In this document: positions 48,377 through 61,082 of the stretch, in pieces | Layout: each line of letters starts with the position of its first letter | Position numbering within the stretch: the stretch's first letter is position 1 | Origin: Macrostomum lignano | Taxonomy: Eukaryota | Direction of reading: 5' to 3' | Assembly (NCBI GenBank): GCA_002269645.1 | Contig: NIVC01000260.1 | Span: 679,857 to 743,856 of the forward strand | DNA: 64,000 nt | The notes under the pieces: generated by a model | Database searches by the model: none | Seen by the model: only the letters and a program-made list of their open reading frames with translations | What the model was told of the DNA's origin: nothing | Translations under genes and position numbers: made by a program

Positions 48377-49269
48377 ATGCTTAGAAAAGGGAGTGTACGA
48401 GCTACTGAAAGAAGGAGGCAGCGTTCATGTAGACCAAGGCGGAGAGATCGATTCAAATTCAAGACTTAGATTAGACTTAGAAATTCTTTATTATAATTAG
48501 TATATACGCCAAGTTACGGGTAAAAAATTGCTGATTCTACGTGTTACTTACTGATTACTGATGTTATAAGTTATATCTTTAAGCTCGTGCGAGAACCATT
48601 CTATTAACACCTTGACGACACTCCGCTATTTATGTTAATGAATTTATCTTAATAAGAATCTCTCGCAATTGCATACGATTATAAGACCCAGAGCTTTACT
48701 TCGAGTTTGATTTTGGCAACTTTTTTGCTGGGAAGAAATCAAAATTAGAAAATAGTAATGTAATAGATTACTCGTGCAATTAGAGCAGCCTTGAAGAAAT
48801 AGGCGTGCTAATAGTACTGTTGATTGATTCTACATAGGGCACGAATACGGCTTAGAAATAAGAGCTCAATTAGCACTGTAAGTGCAGGCGAAATTCGGCA
48901 CCCAGGAGGGAAAATTCGATCGAGAAGGACAAGAGAAACCCTCTCATCAGTGGGGTAGGCCTCTTCGGGAGAGGCGAGTATATATCCGGTCATGTGGATA
49001 GCCTTTATAAGGCCCTAGGCCTACTAATTCCGCTAAAGTCCACTTAAGTCGATATAGCTTTCGCTTGAAACTCCCTTTTAAATTCTACTTATAATGCTAT
49101 GCATATATGTACGAACTGCGTGCATACGTTTCCATTTCGATCTGAGTCTAATTGAACTGAAAGGCATAATCGCCCAAGGATTGTAGCTACACACAAGCTG
49201 TGTGCAGCACAACTCGGCGCGGATGATGTGTCCCCTGCCAGATGGGGGTCGTCAATGGCGCAAATTAGG

Positions 49270-49600
49270 TCAGGTTGTCGCGCCGATAGAGTGCTGCATT
49301 AGTGACTCACTCGACGTCACCGATCTTGAAGGAGTCCAGGTCTCTGTGTTGTACATCAGGACTGCCTCGACCACCGCCTGGAACAACGCTGCCCTCTGAC
49401 GGTCAGGTTGGGCCTCGGACATCAGGACAGCCCTAACAGAATGAAAAGCAGCCCACGCAATTCCACGGCGACACTTTAGCTCTTCTCGGACGTCGGGAAC
49501 CAGACCAGAGGCCGCTGACGTAGACGAACTGCTGGCATTGTGGAAGTTCCATCGCCTGTCTTTCAGCACCTCGACAGCCTCGATGCCGTCCACAGCACAT
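49270..49600 (-). mobile_element. RTE-clade LINE fragment
   Basis: EELKCRRGIAWAAF..LFQAVVEAVLMYNTETWT matches the RTE post-RT motif RI..AW..F...LLYG.ETW. Confidence 0.75.
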
Positions 49601-51284
49601 CACGACAGCCCTCTATGGCAACGAGCCTGTCCAGCTGTCAAAAACTTCGAAGCCAAAAGTGGACACAACTGCAATAACGAATTTTCTAGGTTCCCCTTGA
49701 AAATTGATCGATGTCATGATCACGACCCCATATTTGCACTGTACCGAATAGCTATTGAATGCAATCGTTACTCTAAGTAAGGTGTGTTAGACACGCCGGG
49801 GGGTGCCGCTGTACACATCGCTGTACTTTGGCAGGGGGTTGAGGTGTGGGGGTGTTGGCCGCGCCGGCCAGCTTAAAGCCTCTGCACGGCCGGTCTGGCT
49901 TGTCTCCGCCGCCATTTCTCAATTTCTCAAGTCTCGTTTGGCTCCTTCCGGCGTGTTTAATCAATTCGTTATCTAACTCGCATCACGTATATGCAAGAGG
50001 TTACAGGTAACATTTACGAAAACTGGTTCATTTATGAAGATATATTAAATTAACTTTAAACGCATTTTGCTTTTTAAAACGGAGCCACGCTTAATTTTCG
50101 TCAAAGATAAACAAAGTTGACTAGGAGTCAAATACAGTCTACGAAAAGGTATAGATAATGGTTGCTAGATAGCAGAAAGTTATGATTCAACGTATATTTA
50201 CTGAAAATCATGCTAGAAAACCACTACTAATGAGCTCATTTAGGGACTCATACTCAACGCGATATTAGTTTTGGCGTTTATTCTTTTGGGTGAAAATGCG
50301 ACAGTGGTCCTATCTTCGAAAATACGAATTCATTGTGACGATGAATTGCTTTGCAATCTAAGCAATGTCTGCTTAATACGTATTAAACTTTAACTTATGG
50401 CCTGTGTGGGTCCCAAAATATTATTTAAACTATTTATCATATACGAGCGTATTAGTCTTAGAAATATATAAATTGATCTGTGCATTTAGCTTAGCTACCA
50501 CCAAAACTTAAGGCAATGTAGTCGAGCTCGATTCCATTGACCATTGCAAACTACAAGAGTAAAATGCAATGAAGACTCTAGGCCTAACTTACTAATTTCT
50601 TTTCTCAAGTAGTCTTTTCTCAAGTAAAGGTATGCTATATATAAGCTTTTTACCTTGGTATTTAAAATAATTTTTTTATTGATGCATGGCCACAGTCTTA
50701 TTTCTCTGTGTATGCTTGACTAACTTAACAAGTTAATAAGACTAGAAAACTTTGAACTAGGCAAAATTTTACAATATTTGCTATTTCTGCCTTACCAAAA
50801 TTTTTGTTGTAAATTATGAAACTTTTCATTATATAAAAGTCAAGTAAAATCATTCATTTCTTAGTTTTCATTATTTTCATTATTTTCATTACGCTTTTTT
50901 CATTTTTTTATACATACTGCTATAACAAAAATTATATGTTTAGGGTTTCTTGAAGCAAAAACTATGAATTAATTTTTCTATTAAAATATGGTCGCCTAAA
51001 ATTTTAATATTCTAGATGCACTAAAGGCCTCTTAAATTTCAGTGGCTATGTATAAAATAAAATCATAAATTCCAAAAATTATCAATAAAGGAAATAAAAT
51101 TCTCAGCCTACTGCTGCCTAGTTTACCTAAGATAAGATATAGAAGATATTTATTTATGTTTTCTGTTTCTAGGAAAGCATTAGTCAAGGTCTTGTACTTT
51201 TATAGAAGTAATTTTGCTTTTACTAAAAAATACAGATTCGAAAAAATTTCTGGTGTACCTGGAATATAAAGCACAATCAATATT

Positions 51285-51958
51285 TCTGAGTATCACCCCT
51301 CCTGACACCCTGAGCATCCCCACTCCTGACACCCTGAGTATCTCCACTCCTGACACCCTGAGTATCTCCACTCCTGACACCCTGAGTATCTCCACACCTG
51401 ACACCCTGAGTATCGCCCCTCCTGACACCCTGAGTATCGCCCCTCCTGACACCCTGATTATCTCCACTCCTGACACCCTGAGTATCGCCCCTCCTGACAC
51501 CCTGAGTATCTCCACTCCTGACACCCTGAGTATCGCCCCTCCTGACACCCTGATTATCTCCACTCCTGACACCCTGAGTATCGCCCCTCCTGACACCCTG
51601 ATTATCTCCACTCCTGACACCCTGAGTATCTCCACTCCTGACACCCTGAGTAGCGCCCCTCCTGACAGCCTGAGTATCTCCACTCCTGACACCCTGAGTA
51701 TCGCCCCTCCTGACACCCTGAGTAGCGCCCCTCCTGACACCCTGAGTATCCCCCTCCTGACACCCTGAGTAGCGCCCCTCCTGACACCCTGAGTAGCGCC
51801 CCTCCTGACACCCTGAGTATCCCCCTCCTGACACCCTGAGTATCGCCCCTCCTGACACCCTGAGTAGCGCCCCTCCTGACACCCTGAGTATCCCCCCTCC
51901 TGACACCCTGAGTAGCGCCCCTCCTGACACCCTGAGCACCACCTCTCCTGACACCCTA
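51285..51958 (+). repeat. 24-bp minisatellite (CCTGACACCCTGAGTATCTCCACT / ..CGCCCCT), ~27 copies
   Basis: Direct reading. Confidence 0.96.
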
Positions 51959-52144
51959 AGCGTCGCCTTTGATACTCATTTTGACGCATTTTTAGGGGCA
52001 ACTAGAAATCATGATATGTGACAGTGCTCAAAGCCCGCTGAAGGCTAAGTAATCCTAACTAATTTACTAACGTCATTGCCCATAACCTTGACCCATTCTA
52101 TAACTATTTTCCTAAATTACCAATTCCATTCATAAATCTTGCAG

Positions 52145-52350
52145 TCAAGCCTCAACACTACCGAGACGGCGACCGAGCGACCGCGCAAGCGTCGACATCC
52201 AAAGCGCCCAATAAAGCTACCGCCGCCTCCAGATGGCTTCCAGGCGTTGCTTGAAGGCTTCGCTCTGGAGGTTGTGCGTCATCGACCAGCGGATATTTAT
52301 AAGTTCGGAGCGACTCACTTCGAAGACCTGCTTCGAAGACGCCAGTCTGG
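52145..52350 (+). CDS. Exon encoding an RIIa-type dimerisation/docking domain (Sp17/CABYR/ropporin-like)
   Basis: PDGFQALLEGFALEVVRHRPADIYKFGATHFEDLL matches the Sp17-type P.GF..LLEGL.RE.LR.QP..I..FAA.YFE.LL; TGCAG| acceptor and |GTGAGG donor. Confidence 0.85.
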
Positions 52351-52395
52351 GTGAGGGATAAAAGTAAAAGTAAAAGTAAAAGCAAATATTTTCAG

Positions 52396-52558
52396 GATGA
52401 CTGCGGGCACCCTGGCGCAACGCCTTCGGCGAAATCATCCCACAACCAGTGCTGAGGCAGTTCTGCCCATTCCACCGACTTTTGAGCTTAGGGTTGTACA
52501 GGGTCACGCGTCACGCGAGAGTCGGTCGCATTTACCGCAGGGCTACTCAGGCTCCTGG
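52396..52558 (+). CDS. Probable next exon of the RIIa-domain gene
   Basis: 45-nt GT-AG intron; phases 2 then 0 keep the frame open; no homology recognised. Confidence 0.45.
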
Positions 52559-53499
52559 GTGAGGGAAGCTGCGGACTGCATCCTGATGAATAATGCATGC
52601 TTACCTCTCAGCTCTGGCACTGAGTGCTCAGCTTTCCCATCGCCTCTAGAGTCCCAGATTTGAACATTTCCGGACATTTTCGATGTCTGTCAAAGCATCT
52701 AGCTGTGCATTTTCTCGCTACTTACCTTAATTTGAACGAGTAGTATGGTGTAGGCGAAAGATTTTGTTTAACTGTTCTTTTTACTGCATTTACGCATGCA
52801 TTTGCAGACTGTATTGATATCTAGGTGAACAGTGTTTTCGCTTTGAAATCGAAAAACAACGTATTTGCCTTACATTGCGCAGCTCCTGCACATTCTAAAT
52901 ACATGCCAGACGTACTTGCCTTCATTCAGGATATTCCCTGGTCATACTGTCTGGCTTTTTACTGCTTCGAAGCTCTAGAAATGTTACACTGCAGCCTTGA
53001 AGAGCCTATGGAATTCGAAAATCCATCTGTTGTCTCTTGATCCCCGCGCCGTAGGGTGTTATAAGCTCCAAGGGTAGAAAATTAGTTCAAAGACATGGTC
53101 CTTGCCCCCAAGCCTAAGATGGGATTGTGGTCCCAAGATTGCACAACAGTCTGGAAATCTCTTCCTATGTATGTCAGTGTGTTCCGCAGCTTCTTTTAGA
53201 AAAAGAAAAATGCGAGGTCCATGGGGAGAGAAGAGTATTGGCTATCCTTGGCACCTGCATTTTTTTCTGATGACGCGGCTTCCAATTCAGACACGAACGT
53301 TGGTTCTTCTTGAAAAAGGAGGTGTCTTAAAAGTGTACTTTTAACTGTAGTAACTTAGAACTGGCTTTAGGGCAATATCTCCTACTGAAATAGTGCTTTT
53401 AGTGCGTGAATATTTTATTGCTATATTTATTTCCTCTGAAGCTCCTGAAAATAAAATTTTAACTTGAAACTTTTGAGTGTCAAAATTCATTATGGAATT

Positions 53500-53785
53500 G
53501 GTTGTGTCTATGGTAACATCTCCCTAGAGTGTAATGATTGGTTATCTCTATGGCAACATCTCCCCAGAGTGTGCATGATTGGTTATGTCTATGGCAACAT
53601 CTCCATAGAGTGTGCATGATTGGTTACGTCTATGGCAACATCTCCCCAGAGTGTACAGGATTGGTTACGTCTATGGCAACATCTCCCCAGAGTGTGCAGG
53701 ATTGGTTATCTCTATGGCAACATCTCCCCAGAGTGTGCAGGATTGGTTATCTCTAAGGCAACATCTCCCCAGAGTGTGCAGGATT
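53500..53785 (+). repeat. 41-bp minisatellite x7, each unit carrying CTATGGCAAC
   Basis: Direct reading. Confidence 0.93.
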
Positions 53786-54013
53786 TGTTAAGCTTATGCG
53801 CTAACTCATACACACAAGTCCTTTCTATAATTTACACGTATCTAGTTACACTCGAATAAAAAACAATGATATTAACGAATCGCACCTTTCTTAATAAATC
53901 ATCCAATAGTTAAATGAGCTAACTATAAATATAGAGGCGCAAAAGTTATACATTATTAAAACTGTCATTCATTTTCATTTCATTGATAATAAACAAGTAA
54001 GTTTCTGTAAAAC

Positions 54014-54958
54014 CCATGCAGTCTCCATCAATAGCACGAGACTAGCAATCAGCGCCCCCCGTTGGGGAGCCTAAAAAATGCAGTACAAGTTGTTTTAACA
54101 AACTACCTGTAGCGTCTCTTCGCATTTTACCCCAGCAGTCCCTTGTAAGCCTTGACATGTCAGCAATTCCCACCACAAGCCTTAACACATCAACTCCACC
54201 CTTGACATCTCAGCGATGCCCCCATAAGCCTTGAAATCTTAAAAAATCTGTCTACTTTCTAACCCTAGCCTAACCCTAACCCTAACCCTAAAGCATTGAA
54301 ATTTCAGTAATTCTCTCCAAGAGTCATAATAGCACTACAGTATTATAGTGATTCCCTGCAAGCCTCGACATCGTAGGGATTCCCAAATAAATCTCTTAAC
54401 TTCGACATGAAGCTTCTTTTATTTTTTACATAACGCTTTTTCTATAAGCGATCCCTCCCGTGAGGAGCCAACAAATAATGTAATAAAAAGTTTTTCATAA
54501 ACTACATGTAGCTTCTGACTTTAGCCTTGACATCTCATTTATACCCCCGTGAGCCTTGACATCTCAGCTATCCCCCCCGTAAGCCTTGACATGTCAGCGA
54601 TGCCCCCATAAACCTTGAAATCTAAAAAATCCCCTCCTGTTAACCTTGAAACCCGCTAAAATCTAACCCTCAACCCAAGCCTGACCTAAACCTAACTTTA
54701 ACCCAACCTAAAGCCTTGAAATCTCAGCAATTCTTCTCCCCTAAGCCTTGGCATTTTAGTGATTCCTCCTTTAAGAATCACAGCACTATAACGATTCCCT
54801 CCAAGCTTTGACATCGTAGCAATTCCCAAATGAATCTTTTACGAGTAACTTCGACATGACTTTTTTATGTATACATAGTGCTTCTTTTCTTTTTTACATG
54901 ACTCTGCTTCTATCAGCGCCCCCCCCATGCAGTCTCCATCAATAGCACGAGATAGCCT
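54014..54958. mobile_element. ~0.95-kb repeat element with terminal direct repeats, internal duplication and (CCCTAA)n tracts
   Basis: CCATGCAGTCTCCATCAATAGCACGAGA at both ends; recurring AGCCTTGACATCTCAGC; CCCTAA runs at ~54260-54290 and a degenerate copy at ~54661-54712. Confidence 0.6.
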
Positions 54959-55896
54959 GTAGTAATTAATTAACAATTGGATAAAAATGGTCTGTAATTA
55001 GCGTACAATATTGGAAAATTATCATTCATATACATCGGGTAATTTATTGCAGTACTCTTGTTTTGCACAGCATTTTACACTAGAGATTTACGACCAACCA
55101 TTACTTTTTATTGTAGCTCATATAGCTGGGGTTACTTTCGATGCTGGTTTAATGCTAATTGGATGGTCACAAGCCGTCAGGCTGTTTATTCTTAAAAGCC
55201 GTCATATTTTTCTGGCGCTTCGGCTTTTACCTGTATGTCGTGGTATAGCAACCCCGCCTAAAAGCAGCAGCTAACTGCGCCACCCACTGACAACGCAACA
55301 ACTATCATAGATAAAATTATTCGATAAGCCAGCAGACAGTCTTGAACAAAGCACTGTTTATTGATCGACAAACTTCCTAAGGAGTTCGAATGCGAGGATA
55401 AAAATCTTTAAGCGTTGGTCAAGCAGAGGCTGAGAGCGAGTGAGAGTGGGTGGCGAGTAAATTCAAGTATTTTGGGATGAAACATCTGCGCAGGGGGATT
55501 CTTGGCTCGAGTCGGAAGGATGGGAGAAGGAAGCCTTGCCCGCCTGTCTTCGCCGTCTTTCAACGCCAAAAAATTGCGGTTGTTTTTTTCTGCTTAAAAT
55601 TCCGCAGCAGCAGAAGCAAAAGCATCTGACTGCATTCCACTTCAGAAATGCTGTATTCTCTATACTGCTCCACTGCTGCTAGGCTAAGATTATTAGACTA
55701 CGTGATGGAATATTGAATTAATATCAATGCCGTGGTAGCACTGCAAGTGCACATACTTGCAGACGCTTCTACGGCCAAAAATGACCGCATGCATTATAAT
55801 GCAAGCAATAATGTTATATTATGCGCGAAGTTCGATGAATTCGTCTGCTTTTAGTATTATTTTATTGCGAGGCAGCAGTGAAGTTGGAACTGTCAG

Positions 55897-56022
55897 GCTG
55901 AAAAACAATTTCTCTCCCCGTCGTACCGCTTCAGAAATGGCCCGACTGTAAATGATGAGGCCAGAGCCGCTGTTGTTGCTGCTGAGGATTCTGCAGCATC
56001 GCCAGAAGCAGCGAACAAAAGG
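55897..56022 (+). CDS. Possible further exon of the RIIa-domain gene (AEKQFLSPSYRFRNG..)
   Basis: GTCAG| acceptor and |GTAAGC donor; open in phase 0; weak support. Confidence 0.35.
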
Positions 56023-57134
56023 GTAAGCCAAATTCGCCCTGATAATCTTTATCTCTTTGCCTGGCATTGTATACACTGCTTTGTGTCAAACTGCAGCGGC
56101 AATCTGAATATGCTCGAGTTTTAGGGCATTGATTTAGTATTCTAGCTAGTCCTTTTGCAGTGCCAGGAGGAATTCAAACCCTCGTGTCAGTCGAATGGAC
56201 TTGAATTCTTAGACTTAAAAAATGGAATTTCTGCCTGACGAGGTGGCTGAAAAGTTATGCACAGAATTAAGACCTCATATTCACACTTCGAATTTTCATC
56301 CTGTGTTTTTCAAAGACCTTGACAGCCCCAAAATGAAGGAGGGAGATGGTGGTCGCTATGCGCTGCCGATCAGGAGGGTCTCCGCAGTTGCTGGGGCGCC
56401 ACCGCTGCATGGAGGCGGGTCCGGAGGATCTGCGCAGCATATGTCGGAGCTGCGCGCCCAGCAGAGCTGACTTTTGCTGGAGCCAAAAAGCTGGCCGGGA
56501 GCGAGTTTCACTGGACAACAGACTGGGCCAGGGTCGGGTCCAGATGGAGAGGGCGAGATGCTGCAAGTATCCTTCATGCGCTTTCCAATCACAACATCCC
56601 CTGCTGAGAGGGCTAGGGCCCCTCCTTCCTCCCCGCATCCACCCGCATTTCCTTCATCCTCTGCTATTCAGCTTCCTTCTCCTGTCGCGTACCTTCCACT
56701 CTCTCCTTTCTGATTGCACCCCAAAACCTGGCTGGCAAAAGCAGGAGAACGAGAGGCTGCTTGGCTAGATCTGAAGCCGCACTAAACCTCTGTCTTTAGG
56801 ACGCAGCTGCTTTAATAGTAGTATAGTACTATACGACTGTAGTAATAAGAGCGGAATTAAAGAAAGCTGTCTGCGCGGTGTAAGCCTTGCCGTCCGCTCC
56901 CTGCAGTGCTCCGGCTAGACGAGCCGCTCTGATCTCTTACCCTGATTAGACTCCACACGCTTTTCGCCCACTCCCATCCAATAAACACGCATTCCGAGTG
57001 GCACCCCAAGGTTTAAAATTTGGATCTTGACGTCAGTCGGGCTCCTAACTTTGGTTGGAACATAACAGTTTAACACCGTCCAGTCGAAAGTCTTTCCCGC
57101 TAGAATCTGTCCCTACACGGCCTGCAGGGCAGAC

Positions 57135-60100
57135 ATGCAGTCTTTCTTCAAAGGCATCGGTAGTCTGCTTGGCATTCGCCGATCAACCTCGCAGCAGAGT
57201 CAGCACCGTCTTTCTCAAAGCCAGCCGTCAGGACCGCCAGACCGACAACAGTTGCAGCGGGCGTCAGACGCGCCAGGCGGCTCAGCTTTGGATCCGCCAG
57301 TTCAGTTGCGTAGGAAGCGAAGAGCCAGCGGCGATGACCCCGGTGTCAGCGACGGCTCCGGCATTCGGTCCAGTTCCTCCGCGCCCGAGCTGCTAGACGC
57401 ATCGGCAGAGGAGTTGGAGCAAGCAGAGACGGCCACACGGCGCTTATCAACAGCAGAGCAGCCAGCCCAGCTTCCGGAGCAAGCCGAAGTCGATGATGAC
57501 TCAGATGACGAAGGCACACTTGGCGGACGTAGCGAAGAGTCCGATTCGTCAGCTTCGCCACTGGACGGTTCGTTGAGCAATCTGATCGATGCCGCTGATT
57601 TATTAGTCGGTCGGAGCGATCAATTTGACACGCTGAGATTCGTCGAAGAATCAAGCATCAGCTCGGAGCTCGACCGCGACTGTCTCGAGGTTGGCGGTCT
57701 AGACCAGCTGCCGGATTCGCTGGACCTGCGCAACATCGACAGCGCTATTGCACCGGCAGGCGGAGAGGAACAGTCATACCGTTCGCTTGACCGCATCTTC
57801 GACGACGTTGTCATGGATCTTCGGCCCCCTGGGAAGCCCAGAAAGAAGGCAGCTGTTGGGCCCGCTAACCGCCTCCAGGTGCCAAGCAGATTCCCCGACA
57901 GGAGATACTATGGCGACGTTGCTCACCATCAGCAGGTGAGCTGCAGTTCAAATTTTGGAAGAACAAATCCGACCAGTTCATCGGTTATCGCATCAGAGAG
58001 CCGTACAAATACAAAAGGGCTCATCACAAAAGACCCAAGTTTTAAGAAGAAGCTACGGCGGGAGCTGCTTAACGACGAGTCCAAATATGCAATCGACTTG
58101 CAGTGGGGCGACGCTACTTCGGCTACATCTTCTCCCTCCAAAGCAGCTGTCAAAGCTACGCCTGGCGCCTTCAGTAAGTCCGACATTCCGCCATCTAATT
58201 ATAGCACCACTAAGAGTGCTATTCAGGCTGTGATACCAGCTACCTCTGCTCATACGATTGCTGAGACGCCTAGGTCACAATTCGGAAGACCCTTGGATGA
58301 GGCTCTACTTGTATTTGCGATAGAGACAGAAACAACAACAGATAATACTTCAGAAGCCCAGGCAGAAGCCACTGAAAGCTCCGATAATAATCAAGTGGAA
58401 CATCCAAGGCCACCCGTGGAAATATCATCTAGAAGTTCCTCGAAAAAACTAGAACTTTCTCAAAGTTCAGACACGAATCGTGACAACGTGTTAGAATGCG
58501 ATGAACTACCAACTCCAACTGGAGATGCTGATAAAACTTCTGAATGTCAAAAAGCTAAAATTGACCCCAATACTACCATGGATACTGTTGATGCAGACGC
58601 CCTGCAGCGAAAAGCCTGCTCTGAAAAAGATGATTTCCCAAAAGTCGTTGCTTGCCCCACAGAAGAAAAGTCTACAACCTCTGAACCGCCCAGCCAAAAC
58701 GAGGATACTTCGAAAAAGCATGATCCCGAAACCGCTGAAATTGTATCTCCTATCTCATCTGAGGATGAATTTGAGATGGTCAGTCCTCTTGAAGTCGATA
58801 CTGTTGCTGATGGAGAAGCATCGGACGCTGAAATAAGCGACTTTCCTGCGCTTCCGCAATCTGACGAAGGCAATTTGGAGCCTGAGGCTGATACTGAAGT
58901 GCATGATCAAGATATGGCTGCTGGTTTAATGCCACATGTAAGAGCTTTGACTTCAGATGTTGTTGAAATCCCTAAAGATAAGAGTCTGACAATTTCGAAC
59001 AGTGATGTGGTCGCAAGTAAAAGCTCTGACGAAGAGCAGCAACCCGTAGCTGACAGCACTGAAGCAGAGCTGCAACCAGTAGCTGACAGCACTGAAGCAG
59101 AGCTGCAACCAGTAGCTGACAGCACTGAAGCAGAGCTGCAACCAGTAGCTGACAGCACTGAAGCAGAGCTGCAACCAGTAGCTGACAGCACTGAAGCAGA
59201 GCTGCAACCAGTAGCTGACAGCACTGAAGCAGAGCTGCAACCAGTAGCTGACAGCACTGAAGCAGAGCTGCAACCAGTAGCTGACAGCACTGAAGCAGAG
59301 CTGCAACCAGTAGCTGACAGCACTGAAGCAGAGCTGCAACCAGTAGCTGACAGCACTGAAGCAGAGCTGCAACCAGTAGCTGACAGCACAGTTGCAGATC
59401 AACAGCCATCAGCTGACAGCACAGCTACAGATCAGCAGCCATCAGCTGACAGCACAGCTACAGATCAGCAGCCATCAGCTGACAGCACAGCTACAGATCA
59501 GCAGCCATCAGCTGACAGCACAGCTACAGATCATCAGCCATCAGCTGACAGCACAGCTACAGGTCATCAGCCATCAGCTGACAGCACAGTTGCAGATCAG
59601 CAGCCATCAGCTGACAGCACAGCTACAGATCAGCAGCCATCAGCTGACAGCACAGCTACAGATCAGCAGCCATCAGCTGACAGCACAGCTACAGATCAGC
59701 AGCCATCAGCTGACAGCACAGCTACAGGTCATCAGCCATCAGCTGACAGCACAGTTGCAGGTCATTTGCCATCAGCTGACAGCACAGCTACAGATCAGCA
59801 GCCATCAGCTGACAGCACAGCTACAGATCAGCAGCCATCAGCTGACAGCACAGCTACAGATCAGCAGCCATCAGCTGACAGCACAGCTACAGATCAGCAG
59901 CCATCAGCTGACAGCACAGCTACAGATCAGCAGCCATCAGCTGACAGCACAGCTACAGGTCATCAGCCATCAGCTGACAGCACAGTTGCAGGTCAGCATA
60001 GCACCGAAGCAGAGCAGCAGTCCGTAGCTGACAGCACAGTTGCAGGTCAGCATAGCACCGAAGCAGAGCAGCAGTCCGTAGCTGACAGCACAGTTGCAGG

Positions 60101-61082
60101 TCAGCATAGCACCGAAGCAGAGCAGCAGTCCGTAGCTGACAGCACAGTTGCAGGTCAGCATAGCACCGAAGCAGAGCAGCAGTCCGTAGCTGACAGCACA
60201 GTTGCAGGTCAGCATAGCACCGAAGCAGAGCAGCAGTCCGTAGCTGACAGCACAGTTGCAGGTCAGCATAGCACCGAAGCAGAGCAGCAGTCCGTAGCTG
60301 ACAGCACAGTTGCAGGTCAGCATAGCACCGAAGCAGAGCAGCAGTCCCTAGCTGACAGCACCGCTGCTGAGCAAACAGAGACTGCCAGCGCGCAAAACAT
60401 TGTGGGAAGCCCCATTGCGAGAAAAACCGAACCAAGAGCTACTGAGGAGAGATCAGAGCTGCATCAAATTTCTGACAACCTGGGGTTACAGCAGCTTGTA
60501 TCCAATAGTACTGAGTTGGATAATGCGTCGACAGTTAACTCGAATACACCAGATTCGGGATTAAAAGACCAAGAAAAACTAGGCAATGAACTTTTGATGG
60601 CGGATGTTTCCAACACAACTCGGTCATCTGAATCAGACTTAAACCGTTGCCAAGGCAGTGATGAAGCATCTGGACCAGACGATACAGCAATAGGACACGA
60701 GCCAACTGACAGATTGGCTGACGTTTCGTCTGCACTTGGCGACGAAAGCTTTTGTGCAGAGAAAGACAAATCGAACATTGCCGCGCACAAGGAAACCTAT
60801 GGACAAATTGACTTGGAGGGAAGTGCAGACAGCGCATGTGCTGGGTCTGATAATTCTGCAGTGAAAGTGTTCCCAGAGGCCCAGGGACCGAGTCCGTCTA
60901 ATGGAGCCAATTTCGTGGCGGAGACAGCTTCGACTGACGAGTTGGAAGGCAACAACATTCCTCTGTCGACGGGGAGCACCGCTGAACTACCGCTGTCTGC
61001 TTCTGACCCAGCCCCAGTCGACACTGATTCTAGCGTTAAAGAAGGGGCCAACTCAGATTCCAGTCTCGCAGCAGATGAAGCG
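57135..61082 (+). CDS. Large acidic, Ser/Thr/Ala/Asp-rich, probably disordered protein with three tandem repeat blocks; ORF runs into a donor at 61082
   Basis: 1365-codon ORF, open in unique as well as repeat sequence; LRRKRR basic patch; GCG|GTAAGT donor; no recognised domain. Confidence 0.8.
59049..60354 (+). repeat. Coding repeats: 33-bp ADSTEAELQPV x10, 33-bp ADSTATDQQPS x~18, 54-bp ADSTVAGQHSTEAEQQSV x7
   Basis: Direct reading of the DNA and translation. Confidence 0.96.

Noticed and set aside
51180-52001. 273-aa and overlapping repeat ORFs
   Set aside because: Products of a 24-bp minisatellite open in several frames on both strands, with frame-shifting 23-bp units.
56222-56768. Short ORFs as exons of the RIIa gene
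   Set aside because: The candidate acceptor at 56160 hits stops in all three frames and no domain was recognised.
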